DNA from: Lachnospiraceae bacterium
Lineage (GTDB): Bacteria > Bacillota > Clostridia > Lachnospirales > Lachnospiraceae
Assembly: GCA_017475845.1 (NCBI GenBank)
Contig: JAFVEU010000075.1
Location: 1-36,361, forward strand
Reading direction: 5' to 3'
DNA: 36,361 nucleotides
Positions 17,675 to 27,234 of this stretch are shown in pieces. Both the position numbers and the translations under genes were made by a program. Position 1 is the first letter of the stretch; every line of letters begins with the position of its first letter. A model generated the notes under the pieces. It was not told the DNA's origin, searched no databases, and was given only the letters and a program-made list of their open reading frames with translations.

Positions 17675-18661
17675 ATGGTCATGAGAACATTTTTTAAGCT
17701 TTTTGCAAAGTTCATATTGCTGTCCCTGCCCCTCGTCCTTCTTTCGGCATTCTGCCTTAAGGAGCCCATGGCCTATATGTCGGTGGAGTACCCCATGTGG
17801 GCGGAGGAGAGGGATGCGGTAAGAAACCTGTCCTTCGGGAGCGACCCTGAAATCGTGATAATCGGGGATTCACGGGCGAAGTCAAGTCTCATCCCCGGGG
17901 ATCTCGATGATGAGGGAAAGGTCTATAATATCGCCATAGGCGGAGCGACTCCCGTGGAGATGTACCATGCCTGCAGAAATTATCTTAAGAATCACCGGGC
18001 TCCCGGAAAGGCGGTGGTGATCTTTGCGCCTTACCATTTCTGCGATATGGATAACTGGGACCAGACGCTGTACTATAATTATCTAAGCCCGGTTGAGCTT
18101 ATTGAAACAGAGGCAGATGCCCTTAAATACAGGGAGGAGAAGATGATCTACAGCGGGTGGATCGCAGACCTTCTGTCCTTCAGGCTCCGTTTTCCAAATA
18201 AGTATCTGGACCAGGTCTATTCTGCACGTTTCGTTAATAACAGGGCCGGAAATGAGGAGAAATACAGGGAATTAAGGCAGGCCATGGGCTACACCCACTT
18301 CGGGGAAGAGGAGATGAACGCCGAGCTCAATTATGAGACCCATCATCCGGAATTTGACCTGTCTCCCATGGTGGATGCCTATTATATAAAGCTCCTTGAC
18401 TGCCTAAGGGATGCCGGGGCCGGTATCATCATAGAGCAGGCTCCTGTCAACGAAGCTTCGGGGCAGAAGATAACAGATGAGTTCAAAAATGGTTACAGGG
18501 AGTACATGGAGACCATGGAGGAGAGATACCCCGGAGCCTTTGTGGAAAAGAACCTTCCGGTGTATGACAATTCGTTTTTCGGCGATAATAACCACTTAAA
18601 CAGAAGGGGAGCGGAAAAATTCAGCAAAGAGATACGTGATAAGCATAGCGGGATTTTTTGA
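17675..18661 (+). CDS. Membrane-anchored SGNH-fold protein (AlgJ/PatB/DltD-like partner of the MBOAT)
   Basis: N-terminal TM helix; 'IIGDSR' Ser motif, 'YNIAIGGATP', 'FGDNNHLN' DxxH motif. Start at 17675 or 17681. Confidence 0.85.
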   Translation: MVMRTFFKLFAKFILLSLPLVLLSAFCLKEPMAYMSVEYPMWAEERDAVRNLSFGSDPEIVIIGDSRAKSSLIPGDLDDEGKVYNIAIGGATPVEMYHACRNYLKNHRAPGKAVVIFAPYHFCDMDNWDQTLYYNYLSPVELIETEADALKYREEKMIYSGWIADLLSFRLRFPNKYLDQVYSARFVNNRAGNEEKYRELRQAMGYTHFGEEEMNAELNYETHHPEFDLSPMVDAYYIKLLDCLRDAGAGIIIEQAPVNEASGQKITDEFKNGYREYMETMEERYPGAFVEKNLPVYDNSFFGDNNHLNRRGAEKFSKEIRDKHSGIF

Positions 18662-18759
18662 TGCGTGCTATACTGTTCATGTCCTTTGGAGCGGTATAAT
18701 TAAACCGCTTACGATAAAAGATCCTTAAAGAATAATAAAAGGCAGGAGATAGGAATAAG

Positions 18760-19296
18760 ATGTCAGATGAGAAAAAGGTAAAAAGAGAGATAGTGGAATG
18801 GATCATTACGATCATAGCGGCAGTGCTGGTGGCGCTTTTCATCAATAATTTCATCATAGTCAATGCCACCGTTCCTTCGTCCTCCATGGAAAAGACCATA
18901 ATGACCGACGACCGGGTGATAGGCCTGAGACTGGCATACAAGAATAACGATCCGGTGCGGGGAGACATCATAATCTTCAAATTCCCGGATGACGAAAAGA
19001 TCCTCTATATAAAGAGAGTCATCGGAATGCCCGGAGAGACCGTAGAGATCCACGATAACGGCGTCTATATCGACGGACAGAAGATGGATGAACCCTATCT
19101 CACAACCGATACAAAGGGAGAATTCGGACCTTATACGGTGCCTGAGGGCCATTATTTCATGCTGGGAGACAACAGGAATAATTCCGCCGATTCCAGGTAC
19201 TGGCAGAATACTTTCCTTTCAAGGGATAAGATAGTGGGCAAGGCTGTTTTAAGGTACTGGCCTTCCATTAAAAAGCTTAACGACGATCAGGAGTAA
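18760..19296 (+). CDS. lepB: Signal peptidase I
   Basis: TM anchor, Ser 'VPSSSMEKT', Lys 'YIKRVIG', 'GDNRNNSADSR'. Confidence 0.96.
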   Translation: MSDEKKVKREIVEWIITIIAAVLVALFINNFIIVNATVPSSSMEKTIMTDDRVIGLRLAYKNNDPVRGDIIIFKFPDDEKILYIKRVIGMPGETVEIHDNGVYIDGQKMDEPYLTTDTKGEFGPYTVPEGHYFMLGDNRNNSADSRYWQNTFLSRDKIVGKAVLRYWPSIKKLNDDQE

Positions 19297-19302
19297 CCGT
19301 AA

Positions 19303-20490
19303 ATGATATCGAAAAAGATGCAGTCACTTGTAAACAATAATTCCGTTATCAGGCAGATGTTTGAAGAGGGACGGAATATGGCGCGGGAGTTCGGGGAGGA
19401 GAATGTATATGATTTTTCCCTGGGAAATCCCAACGTCCCTGCGCCGGAAAAGGTAAGGGAGACGGCGGTCTCCATTCTTGAAAATGAGGATCCTCTCTAT
19501 ATCCACGGCTATATGAACAATGCGGGATATCCCGAGGTACGCCGTAAGGTTGCGGATTCCTTAAATAAGAGGTTCGGCACGGCTTTTCATGAAAACAACA
19601 TAATGATGACGGTGGGAGCGGCTTCAGGGCTTAACTGTGTGCTGAAGGCTCTTATCAATCCCGGGGAGGAGGTCCTGACCTTTGCCCCCTATTTTGTGGA
19701 ATATAAGAATTATGTGTCGAATTATGACGGGGTTCTGAATACAGTAAATACCGATCATCAGTCCTTTCAGCCGGATCTTTCCGATCTGGAGGATAAGATC
19801 GGGAAAGACACCCGGGCCCTTATCATAAATTCCCCCAACAACCCTACGGGAGTCATCTATTCCGAGGACACCATAAAGGGGATAGCGGAGATCCTAAGGA
19901 AAAAGCAGGATGAATACGGCACCGAGATCTTCCTTATCTCGGATGAGCCATACAGGGAGCTGGTCTACACCGATGCAGAGGTTCCCTATGTGACTAAGTA
20001 TTATGACAATACCATAGTCTGCTATTCCTTTTCCAAGACCCTTTCCCTGCCGGGAGAGAGGATAGGATATCTTGTGATCCCGGATGAGGCTGCGGACCAG
20101 GAGGACCTCTTCAGTGCCGTTACCATTGCCAACAGGGTCCTGGGCTGTGTCAATGCTCCCTCTCTTTTCCAGAAGGTGGTGGCTGAGTGCCTCGATGAAA
20201 AAGCGGATATAGCTTTTTATAAAAGGAACAGGGATAAGATCTATGATGCCCTTACATCCTACGGTTTTCAGTGCGTAAAGCCCGAGGGCGCCTTCTATCT
20301 CTTTATTAAGACTCCTGTGGACGATAAGGAGTTCGCCGCTGAAGCAAAGAAGGAGCATATCCTGGTGGTTCCCGGCAGTTCCTTCGCTCTGGGAGGCTTT
20401 GTAAGGCTTTCTTACTGTGTATCCTATGAGACCATAGTCAATTCGCTCCCCGGATTTAAGAGGCTGTCGGAGCACTATAAGCTGGGGTAA
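19303..20490 (+). CDS. Class I PLP-dependent aminotransferase (aspartate aminotransferase-like)
   Basis: 'DFSLGNP', 'INSPNNPTG', 'SDEPY', PLP Lys 'SFSKTLSLPGERIG'. Confidence 0.93.
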   Translation: MISKKMQSLVNNNSVIRQMFEEGRNMAREFGEENVYDFSLGNPNVPAPEKVRETAVSILENEDPLYIHGYMNNAGYPEVRRKVADSLNKRFGTAFHENNIMMTVGAASGLNCVLKALINPGEEVLTFAPYFVEYKNYVSNYDGVLNTVNTDHQSFQPDLSDLEDKIGKDTRALIINSPNNPTGVIYSEDTIKGIAEILRKKQDEYGTEIFLISDEPYRELVYTDAEVPYVTKYYDNTIVCYSFSKTLSLPGERIGYLVIPDEAADQEDLFSAVTIANRVLGCVNAPSLFQKVVAECLDEKADIAFYKRNRDKIYDALTSYGFQCVKPEGAFYLFIKTPVDDKEFAAEAKKEHILVVPGSSFALGGFVRLSYCVSYETIVNSLPGFKRLSEHYKLG

Positions 20491-20500
20491 GGTAGAGATC

Positions 20501-21577
20501 ATGGGATATGAAGACAAGGTAAGAAGGGTTATACCCTATACCCCGGGAGAACAGCCCCGGGGTAAAGTTATAAAACTGAATACGAATGAATGTCCTTATC
20601 CTCCGTCACCAAAGGTGGCGGAGGCTATCAGGAATCTTAAGATATCAGATCTCCGGAAATATCCCGATCCTCTTTGCTCCGCTCTCAATTCTGCCATAGC
20701 GGAGCATTACGGTGTTAATGAGGATCAGGTTTTTACAGGAGTGGGATCCGATGATGTCCTTTCAATGATCTTTCTGACCTTCTTTAACGGGCAGGATCCG
20801 GTGCTCTTCCCCAATATCACCTATTCTTTCTATGATGTGTGGGCTTCGGTATACGGGATCCCCTTTAGGACCATACCCTTAAAGGATGATCTTACTTTAG
20901 ACCCCGCGGAATATATGAACAGCAAAAATAGCGGGATAGTACTGGCAAATCCCAATGCTCCCACAGGAATAGAGGAGGAGCTTTCCGTTATCCGTGATAT
21001 CATCGAAGCAAATCCCGATTCAATGGTGGTGGTGGACGAAGCCTATATCGATTTTGGCGGTGAGACGGCCATTCCCCTGCTTAAGGATCATGAAAACCTG
21101 ATCGTTGTCCGCACCATGAGCAAGTCCAGAGCCCTGGCGGGAATAAGGGCAGGCTATGCCCTGGGGGGCAGCAGGGCCATTAAATTCCTAAATGATGTGA
21201 AGTATTCCGTTAATTCCTATACCATGAATACGGTGGCGCTGGCTGCGGCAAAGGCTGCCATTGAAGATGAGGCTTATTTTAGGGAGATCACGGAAAAGGT
21301 CATAAGGACCAGGGAAGAGGCCAAGAAGGAATTAAAGCGGCTGCAGTTTACCTTCGGGGATTCAAAGACCAATTTTGTCTTTGCCCGTCATGAGGGAGCG
21401 AGGCCGGGAGAATCCGCTTCCGACTTTGCAGCCCGTGTTTTTGAGGGGCTGAAGGAGAGAGGGATCTTCGTAAGGTATTTCAATAAACCCATAGTGAATG
21501 AATATCTTCGTATCACCATAGGTACGGACGAGGAGATGAAGGAGCTGTTCAAGGCGCTTGAAGAGCTTATTGGCTGA
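20501..21577 (+). CDS. hisC: Histidinol-phosphate aminotransferase
   Basis: 'PYTPGEQP', '[12 protein letters not shown]', 'GVGSDD', 'NPNAPTG', 'VDEAY', '[15 protein letters not shown]', 'RITIG'. Confidence 0.93.
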   Translation: MGYEDKVRRVIPYTPGEQPRGKVIKLNTNECPYPPSPKVAEAIRNLKISDLRKYPDPLCSALNSAIAEHYGVNEDQVFTGVGSDDVLSMIFLTFFNGQDPVLFPNITYSFYDVWASVYGIPFRTIPLKDDLTLDPAEYMNSKNSGIVLANPNAPTGIEEELSVIRDIIEANPDSMVVVDEAYIDFGGETAIPLLKDHENLIVVRTMSKSRALAGIRAGYALGGSRAIKFLNDVKYSVNSYTMNTVALAAAKAAIEDEAYFREITEKVIRTREEAKKELKRLQFTFGDSKTNFVFARHEGARPGESASDFAARVFEGLKERGIFVRYFNKPIVNEYLRITIGTDEEMKELFKALEELIG

Positions 21578-21647
21578 AGCTTTTCCGGTGGAGGGCTGCT
21601 GCCCGGGGGTTTTAAGGAGACAGATGAAGGGAGACCGGCCGAAGGTT

Positions 21648-23765
21648 ATGGACGAAAATGAAAAGATAAACATATCCGATATATTCGGACAGGACGTTTT
21701 TAACGACAATGTGATGCAGGAAAGGCTTCCGAAGAAGGTTTACAGGGAGCTGAGAAAGACTATAGACGAAGGGAAGAATCTGGATCCCATTACCGCGGAA
21801 GTGGTTGCCAACGCCATGAAGGACTGGGCCATAGAGAAGGGGGCAACCCACTATACCCACTGGTTCCAGCCCCTTACAGGGATCACGGCTGAAAAGCATG
21901 ACTCCTTTATCGCCCCTGCAGGCAGGGGAGGGGGAGCCATAGTGGAGTTTTCCGGAAAGGAGCTTATCAAGAGTGAGCCTGATGCTTCATCCTTTCCCTC
22001 CGGCGGCATACGTTCCACCTTTGAAGCCAGAGGCTATACGGCCTGGGATTGCACAAGCCCTGCCTTTGTAAGGCATGATGCGGCGGGGGCCATACTCTGC
22101 ATTCCCACGGCTTTCTGCTCGTATACCGGAGAATCCCTGGATATGAAGACGCCTCTCTTACGTTCCATTGAGGCTCTTAATACCCAGGCTCTCAGGCTTA
22201 TCCGCCTCTTCGGGAATACCACCTCGAAAAAGGTCATTCCTTCGGTGGGTGCCGAACAGGAATACTTTCTGGTGGACAGGGAGAAGTTCTTAAAGAGAAA
22301 GGATCTCATATACACGGGACACACTCTTTTCGGAGCCATGCCTCCCAAGGGACAGGAGCTGGACGACCAGTATTTCGGTGCCATAAGGGAGAGAGTGGCG
22401 TCATTTATGAAGGCCATAAACCTTGAGCTCTGGAAGCTGGGGGTGTCGGCAAAAACCCAGCACAACGAGGCGGCTCCGGGACAGCACGAGCTGGCTCCCA
22501 TATTCTGTGACTGCAATATGGCTGTGGATCATAATCAGCTCATAATGGAGGTCATGAAAAAGGTGGCTGAAAGACAGGGGATGATGTGTCTCCTTCATGA
22601 AAAGCCCTTTGCGGGAGTAAACGGCTCCGGAAAGCACGATAACTGGTCTCTGGTCACGGATGACGGCATCAATCTTTTTGATCCGGGAAAGACACCCCAC
22701 GATAACGTGCAGTTCCTCCTTATCCTCACCTGTATCTTAAAGGCTGTGGATGAGCATGCGGAGCTCCTCAGGGAATCCGCTGCCACCCTTGGAAATGATT
22801 ACCGTCTCGGCGCAAATGAAGCGCCTCCTGCCATTGTCTCCGTATTCCTGGGAGAGCAGCTGCAGGATGTCATAAGCCAGCTTATATCCACCGGCATGGC
22901 CACCAGTTCCATAAAGGGTGAAAAACTGGAAACCGGGGTCAGGACACTGCCCCTTATCACGAAGGATGCCACTGACAGGAACAGGACCTCTCCCTTTGCA
23001 TTTACGGGAAACAAATTCGAGTTCCGGATGGTGGGTTCCAGCGCCAGCATCGCCGAACCCAATATTGTCTTAAACTCCATCGCGGCAGAAGCCTTTGCCG
23101 ATGCCTGTGATTTCATAGAGAACAGCGATAATTTCGATATAGCGGTTCACGATCTTATAAAGAAATATGCCACAGAGCACCAGAGGATAATCTTTAACGG
23201 CAACGGTTACGCTCCGGAGTGGGCGGAAGAGGCTGAAAGAAGGGGATTAAAGAACTTAAGGTCCGTGCTGGACGCCATTCCGGCCCTTTCGGACGAGAGA
23301 TCGGTGAAGCTTTTTGACCGCTTCGGCATCTTTACCAGAGCGGAGCTGGAGAGCAGGGAAGAGATCAAATACGAGGAATATTCGAAGGAGATCAATATCG
23401 AGGCCCGTACCATGATAGACATGGCCACAAAGTCTATAATCCCCGCCTGCTTAAGATACGCAAAGGATCTTTCCGATACGGTGATCTCCGTAAAGAATGC
23501 GGGATACGGCAGCAGGGCCGCAGCAGAGAACCTAAGGAGGATCACGGCCCTTACAGATGAGGCCTATAACGCCCTTGAAAAGCTTACGGAGGATGACGAA
23601 AAGTCGCTGAAGATAACGGATGTCAGGGAGAGGGCCGTATTCTGCCGTGATTCCGTAAAGAAGGATATGGAAAACTTAAGGACTCCCATCGACAGGCTGG
23701 AGATGCTGGTAGGAAAGGATTACTGGCCCATGCCAAGCTACGGGGATCTGTTATTTGAGGTATGA
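21648..23765 (+). CDS. glnA: Glutamine synthetase type III
   Basis: '[12 protein letters not shown]', '[11 protein letters not shown]', '[14 protein letters not shown]', '[18 protein letters not shown]', C-terminal 'WPMPSY'. Alternative start at ATG 21624 after AAGGAG. Confidence 0.95.
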   Translation: MDENEKINISDIFGQDVFNDNVMQERLPKKVYRELRKTIDEGKNLDPITAEVVANAMKDWAIEKGATHYTHWFQPLTGITAEKHDSFIAPAGRGGGAIVEFSGKELIKSEPDASSFPSGGIRSTFEARGYTAWDCTSPAFVRHDAAGAILCIPTAFCSYTGESLDMKTPLLRSIEALNTQALRLIRLFGNTTSKKVIPSVGAEQEYFLVDREKFLKRKDLIYTGHTLFGAMPPKGQELDDQYFGAIRERVASFMKAINLELWKLGVSAKTQHNEAAPGQHELAPIFCDCNMAVDHNQLIMEVMKKVAERQGMMCLLHEKPFAGVNGSGKHDNWSLVTDDGINLFDPGKTPHDNVQFLLILTCILKAVDEHAELLRESAATLGNDYRLGANEAPPAIVSVFLGEQLQDVISQLISTGMATSSIKGEKLETGVRTLPLITKDATDRNRTSPFAFTGNKFEFRMVGSSASIAEPNIVLNSIAAEAFADACDFIENSDNFDIAVHDLIKKYATEHQRIIFNGNGYAPEWAEEAERRGLKNLRSVLDAIPALSDERSVKLFDRFGIFTRAELESREEIKYEEYSKEINIEARTMIDMATKSIIPACLRYAKDLSDTVISVKNAGYGSRAAAENLRRITALTDEAYNALEKLTEDDEKSLKITDVRERAVFCRDSVKKDMENLRTPIDRLEMLVGKDYWPMPSYGDLLFEV

Positions 23766-24745
23766 ATATGAGTATGAGTGTTGTCAGGAATAAGTTATTG
23801 TTGTTTACAGTCTTCATCATGGCTGTCCTGCTTTTTACCGGAGCAGAGGGAAGGCTTAACAGCGCCTTCGGAGCGGAAAAGAATGTGGTCACCACAGGAA
23901 GTAATGTCCGTCTCCGTTCATCGGCATCCCTTGAGGGAGATATACTGGCTTCCCTTCCAAAGGGCACATCCCTTAAGGAGACCGGAAGAAGCGGAGAGTG
24001 GGCTAATGTGATCTGTAACGGAAAGCAGGGCTATGTGAACACTCAGTTCCTTGCGGAGGTCACGGCCCTTCCCAATCCCTCTGCTGTAACGGCAGCTGTT
24101 CCCCAGCCGGCTGTACAGACCGGAGGTCACATAGTATGTATCGATCCGGGCCATCAGGCTAAGGGAGACAGCAGGAAAGAGCCCAACGGACCCGGTTCGG
24201 GGGTAATGAAGGCCAGGGTCACCGGAGGCACCCATGGATCGGTATCAGGCCTGTATGAGTATCAGCTTACCCTCTCTGTGGCGGAGGCTCTGAAAAACGA
24301 GCTCACCTCCAGAGGATATACGGTTTATATGACAAGGACCGGACATGACGTGAATATAAGCAATATGGAAAGAGCCCAGTACGCAGCAAGCGTGGGTGCA
24401 GAGATCTCGGTAAGGCTTCATGCCAACGGTTCCTCGAACCCGGCAGTGTCCGGGGCCCTTGCCCTTGCCCCTTCGGCTGCAAATCCTTACGTGGCTGGGA
24501 TAGCCGCAAGCAGCCAGAGCCTTTCATCAAAGGTGCTTTCGGGCTACTGCGCCGCCACCGGCATGGCAAATAAAGGAGTCCAGGCAAATGACACCATGAC
24601 GGGAATAAACTGGTGTACCATGCCCGTTACCATAATAGAGATGGGCTTTATGACAAATCCTTCGGATGATGCGAATATGGCTAATCCCGATTTCCAGAAA
24701 AAGATGGCTAAGGGCATTGCAGACGGGATAGATGCCTATTTCTGA
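23762..24745 (+). CDS. Secreted SH3b + Amidase_3 N-acetylmuramoyl-L-alanine amidase
   Basis: Signal/TM segment; SH3b 'NVRLRSSAS...W...GYV'; DPGHQ, YEYQL, RLHAN, IEMGF. Start at 23762, 23768 or 23774. Confidence 0.92.
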   Translation: MNMSMSVVRNKLLLFTVFIMAVLLFTGAEGRLNSAFGAEKNVVTTGSNVRLRSSASLEGDILASLPKGTSLKETGRSGEWANVICNGKQGYVNTQFLAEVTALPNPSAVTAAVPQPAVQTGGHIVCIDPGHQAKGDSRKEPNGPGSGVMKARVTGGTHGSVSGLYEYQLTLSVAEALKNELTSRGYTVYMTRTGHDVNISNMERAQYAASVGAEISVRLHANGSSNPAVSGALALAPSAANPYVAGIAASSQSLSSKVLSGYCAATGMANKGVQANDTMTGINWCTMPVTIIEMGFMTNPSDDANMANPDFQKKMAKGIADGIDAYF

Positions 24746-24829
24746 TACCGTCGTAGCTGTTTAAGAAACCTTCGGATCCTTGAACAGTTGCCACAAATCT
24801 TGATATCAAAATTTGTGCAAATTTATGTA

Positions 24830-24858
24830 TTAACAATCAGACCGTTCTCGTTTATATT
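24830..24858 (+). promoter_or_regulatory. Putative sigma-A promoter of nrdD
   Basis: TTAACA-17 bp-TATATT immediately upstream of the first NrdR box. Confidence 0.6.
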
Positions 24859-24859
24859 A

Positions 24860-24907
24860 TTACCAGATGTGGTAGCCGAGAAATAAGCGGGACACAATAT
24901 TTGGTAT
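24860..24907. promoter_or_regulatory. Tandem NrdR boxes
   Basis: ttaCCAGATGTGGtag and acaCAATATTTGGtat match acaCwAtATaTwGtgt. Their cores are 32 bp apart (3 helical turns) upstream of nrdD. Confidence 0.8.
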
Positions 24908-25002
24908 TGCGGCCGGGCGCTCCTGGTGCCCGGCTATAGTTTTGCGGATAACAGATCATGGGGCAGGGCTTTTCCCTGCTCTATTGCGGCGGGAGGATAG
25001 TT

Positions 25003-27171
25003 TTGAATATCATTAAGCGTAACGGTAAGGAAGTAGAGTATGACGGCGATAAGATCATCGCGGCCGTGGATAAGGCAAATGCCCAGGTAAGGGAGAATTT
25101 CAGGCTTCTGGATTCCCAGGTAAGGGTGGTTGAGGAAAAGGTCCGCAGGAGGCTTAAGGATCTGGATCATGAGGCAGGAGTAGAGGAAATACAGGACTAC
25201 GTGATCCAGGCCATCCAGGAGGAGGGAGCCTTCAGGGTAGCCACCATATATACCGTGTACCGTTATAAGAGGGAGCTCATAAGAAAGAGCAATACTACGG
25301 ATGACAAGATCCTGACTCTTGTGGAATACGAGAACGAGGATGTGAAGGAGGAGAATTCCAATAAGAATCCCATGGTGGTATCAGTCCAGAGGGATTACGT
25401 TGCGGGAGAAGTGAGCCGTGACCTGACAAGCAGGATCCTTCTGCCGGAGGATGTGGTGGAGGCCCACAGACAGGGGCTCATCCACTTCCATGATTCCGAT
25501 TACTTCGTACAGCATATGTATAACTGCTGTCTGGTGAATTTAGAGGATATGCTCCAGAACGGCACCGTTATCTCTGATACCATGATAGAGAAGCCGAAAA
25601 GCTTTTCCACCGCATGTAATATAGCTACCCAGTGCATCGCCCAGATAGCCAGCTCCCAGTACGGAGGACAGAGCATAACCCTGTCCCACCTGGCTCCCTT
25701 TGTGGATATAAGCAGGCAGAAGTTCAGAAGGGAAGTGGCCGAAGAATTTACTGCAGCGGGTATAGAGGCTACTGAGGAAGAGATCAATTCCGTGGCTGAA
25801 CGCCGTACCAGGGAAGAGATCAAGCACGGGGTCCAGACCATACAGTATCAGGTCACTACCCTTATGACCACCAACGGCCAGGCACCCTTCATCACGGTAT
25901 ATATGTATCTGGACGAGGTTCCCGAGGGGACGGTCCGGGATGATCTGGCCATGATAATAGAGGAGATGCTGAAGCAGCGTATCCGGGGTGTAAAAAATGA
26001 AAAAGGAGTTTACATAACTCCCGCATTTCCGAAGCTTATATATGTTCTTGACGAGGATAACGTCAGTGAGGGAAGCAGATACTGGGATCTGACGGAGCTT
26101 GCGGCCCGGTGTACGGCAAAGCGCATGGTTCCCGATTATATTTCCGCAAAGAAGATGAGGGAGTATAAGAACGGCGATGTGTATCCCTGTATGGGATGCA
26201 GGAGCTTCCTGACACCGGACAGGTTTTCCCCGGAAGGACAGAAGCATAAGTATTACGGCAGATTCAACCAGGGAGTGGTGACCATCAATCTGGTGGACGT
26301 GGCCTGCAGTTCCGGCAGGGATATGGATAAATTCTGGGAAATACTGGATGAGAGGCTGGAGCTCTGCCATAAGGCGTTGAGATGCAGGCACGAGAGGCTT
26401 CTGGGAACCACTTCTGATGTGGCCCCCATACTCTGGCAGTATGGCGCCATAGCCAGACTTGCAAAGGGAGAAAAGATCGACAGGCTTCTTTACGGCGGGT
26501 ATTCCACTATTTCCCTGGGCTATGCAGGTCTCTATGAGATGTGTAAATATATGACCGGGCTTTCCCATACGGATCCCCAGGCAAAGCCCTTTGCCCTGAA
26601 GGTGATGCAGAGGCTCAACGATAAGTGTGCCCAGTGGAAGAAAGCGGAGGATATCGACTATTCCGTATACGGTACTCCCCTGGAGTCCACCACATATAAA
26701 TTTGCTTCCTGCCTTCAGAAGAGGTTCGGGCGTATAAAGGAAGTGACGGATCACAGCTATATAACCAACAGCTATCATGTGAATGTAAGGGAACAGATAG
26801 ACGCATTCACAAAGCTTAAGTTTGAGGCGGATTTTCAGAAGCTTTCCCCGGGAGGAGCCATCAGCTATGTGGAAGTTCCCGATATGTCCGATAATATAGA
26901 TGCGGTTCTCAGCGTAATGAAGTTCATCTATGAGAATATCATGTATGCGGAGCTCAATACCAAGAGTGATTACTGTCAGGTCTGCGGTTATGACGGTGAG
27001 ATAAACGTGGTGACCGACAGCCACGGGAAGCTTATCTGGGAATGTCCCCAGTGCGGTAACCGGGACGAATCAAAGATGAATGTGGCAAGACGTACCTGCG
27101 GGTACATCGGGACCAATTTCTGGAATCAGGGAAGGACCCAGGAGATAAAGGAGAGAGTACTTCACCTGTAG
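25003..27171 (+). CDS. nrdD: Anaerobic (class III) ribonucleoside-triphosphate reductase
   Basis: TTG start after GGAGG; ATP cone 'IIKRNG', 'ENSNK', 'YNCCL', 'SSQYGGQ', 'CMGCRS', 'GRFNQG', Zn CxxC...CxxC, glycyl-radical loop 'RRTCGYIG'. Confidence 0.97.
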   Translation: MNIIKRNGKEVEYDGDKIIAAVDKANAQVRENFRLLDSQVRVVEEKVRRRLKDLDHEAGVEEIQDYVIQAIQEEGAFRVATIYTVYRYKRELIRKSNTTDDKILTLVEYENEDVKEENSNKNPMVVSVQRDYVAGEVSRDLTSRILLPEDVVEAHRQGLIHFHDSDYFVQHMYNCCLVNLEDMLQNGTVISDTMIEKPKSFSTACNIATQCIAQIASSQYGGQSITLSHLAPFVDISRQKFRREVAEEFTAAGIEATEEEINSVAERRTREEIKHGVQTIQYQVTTLMTTNGQAPFITVYMYLDEVPEGTVRDDLAMIIEEMLKQRIRGVKNEKGVYITPAFPKLIYVLDEDNVSEGSRYWDLTELAARCTAKRMVPDYISAKKMREYKNGDVYPCMGCRSFLTPDRFSPEGQKHKYYGRFNQGVVTINLVDVACSSGRDMDKFWEILDERLELCHKALRCRHERLLGTTSDVAPILWQYGAIARLAKGEKIDRLLYGGYSTISLGYAGLYEMCKYMTGLSHTDPQAKPFALKVMQRLNDKCAQWKKAEDIDYSVYGTPLESTTYKFASCLQKRFGRIKEVTDHSYITNSYHVNVREQIDAFTKLKFEADFQKLSPGGAISYVEVPDMSDNIDAVLSVMKFIYENIMYAELNTKSDYCQVCGYDGEINVVTDSHGKLIWECPQCGNRDESKMNVARRTCGYIGTNFWNQGRTQEIKERVLHL

Positions 27172-27234
27172 GGGAATCTTCCCGCGGCAGGTGATACTTC
27201 AGGACGGAGAATACGAAGATATAAAGACCGGGAT

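Noticed and set aside
21578-21647. Glutamine riboswitch or other regulatory RNA before glnA
   Set aside because: Only a 4-bp GGGC/GCCC hairpin in a short spacer; no recognisable motif.
25540-27024. 494-aa antisense ORF inside nrdD, and the many other shadow ORFs in the track
   Set aside because: They lie fully opposite or within well-supported genes, lack motifs, and are expected from codon bias.
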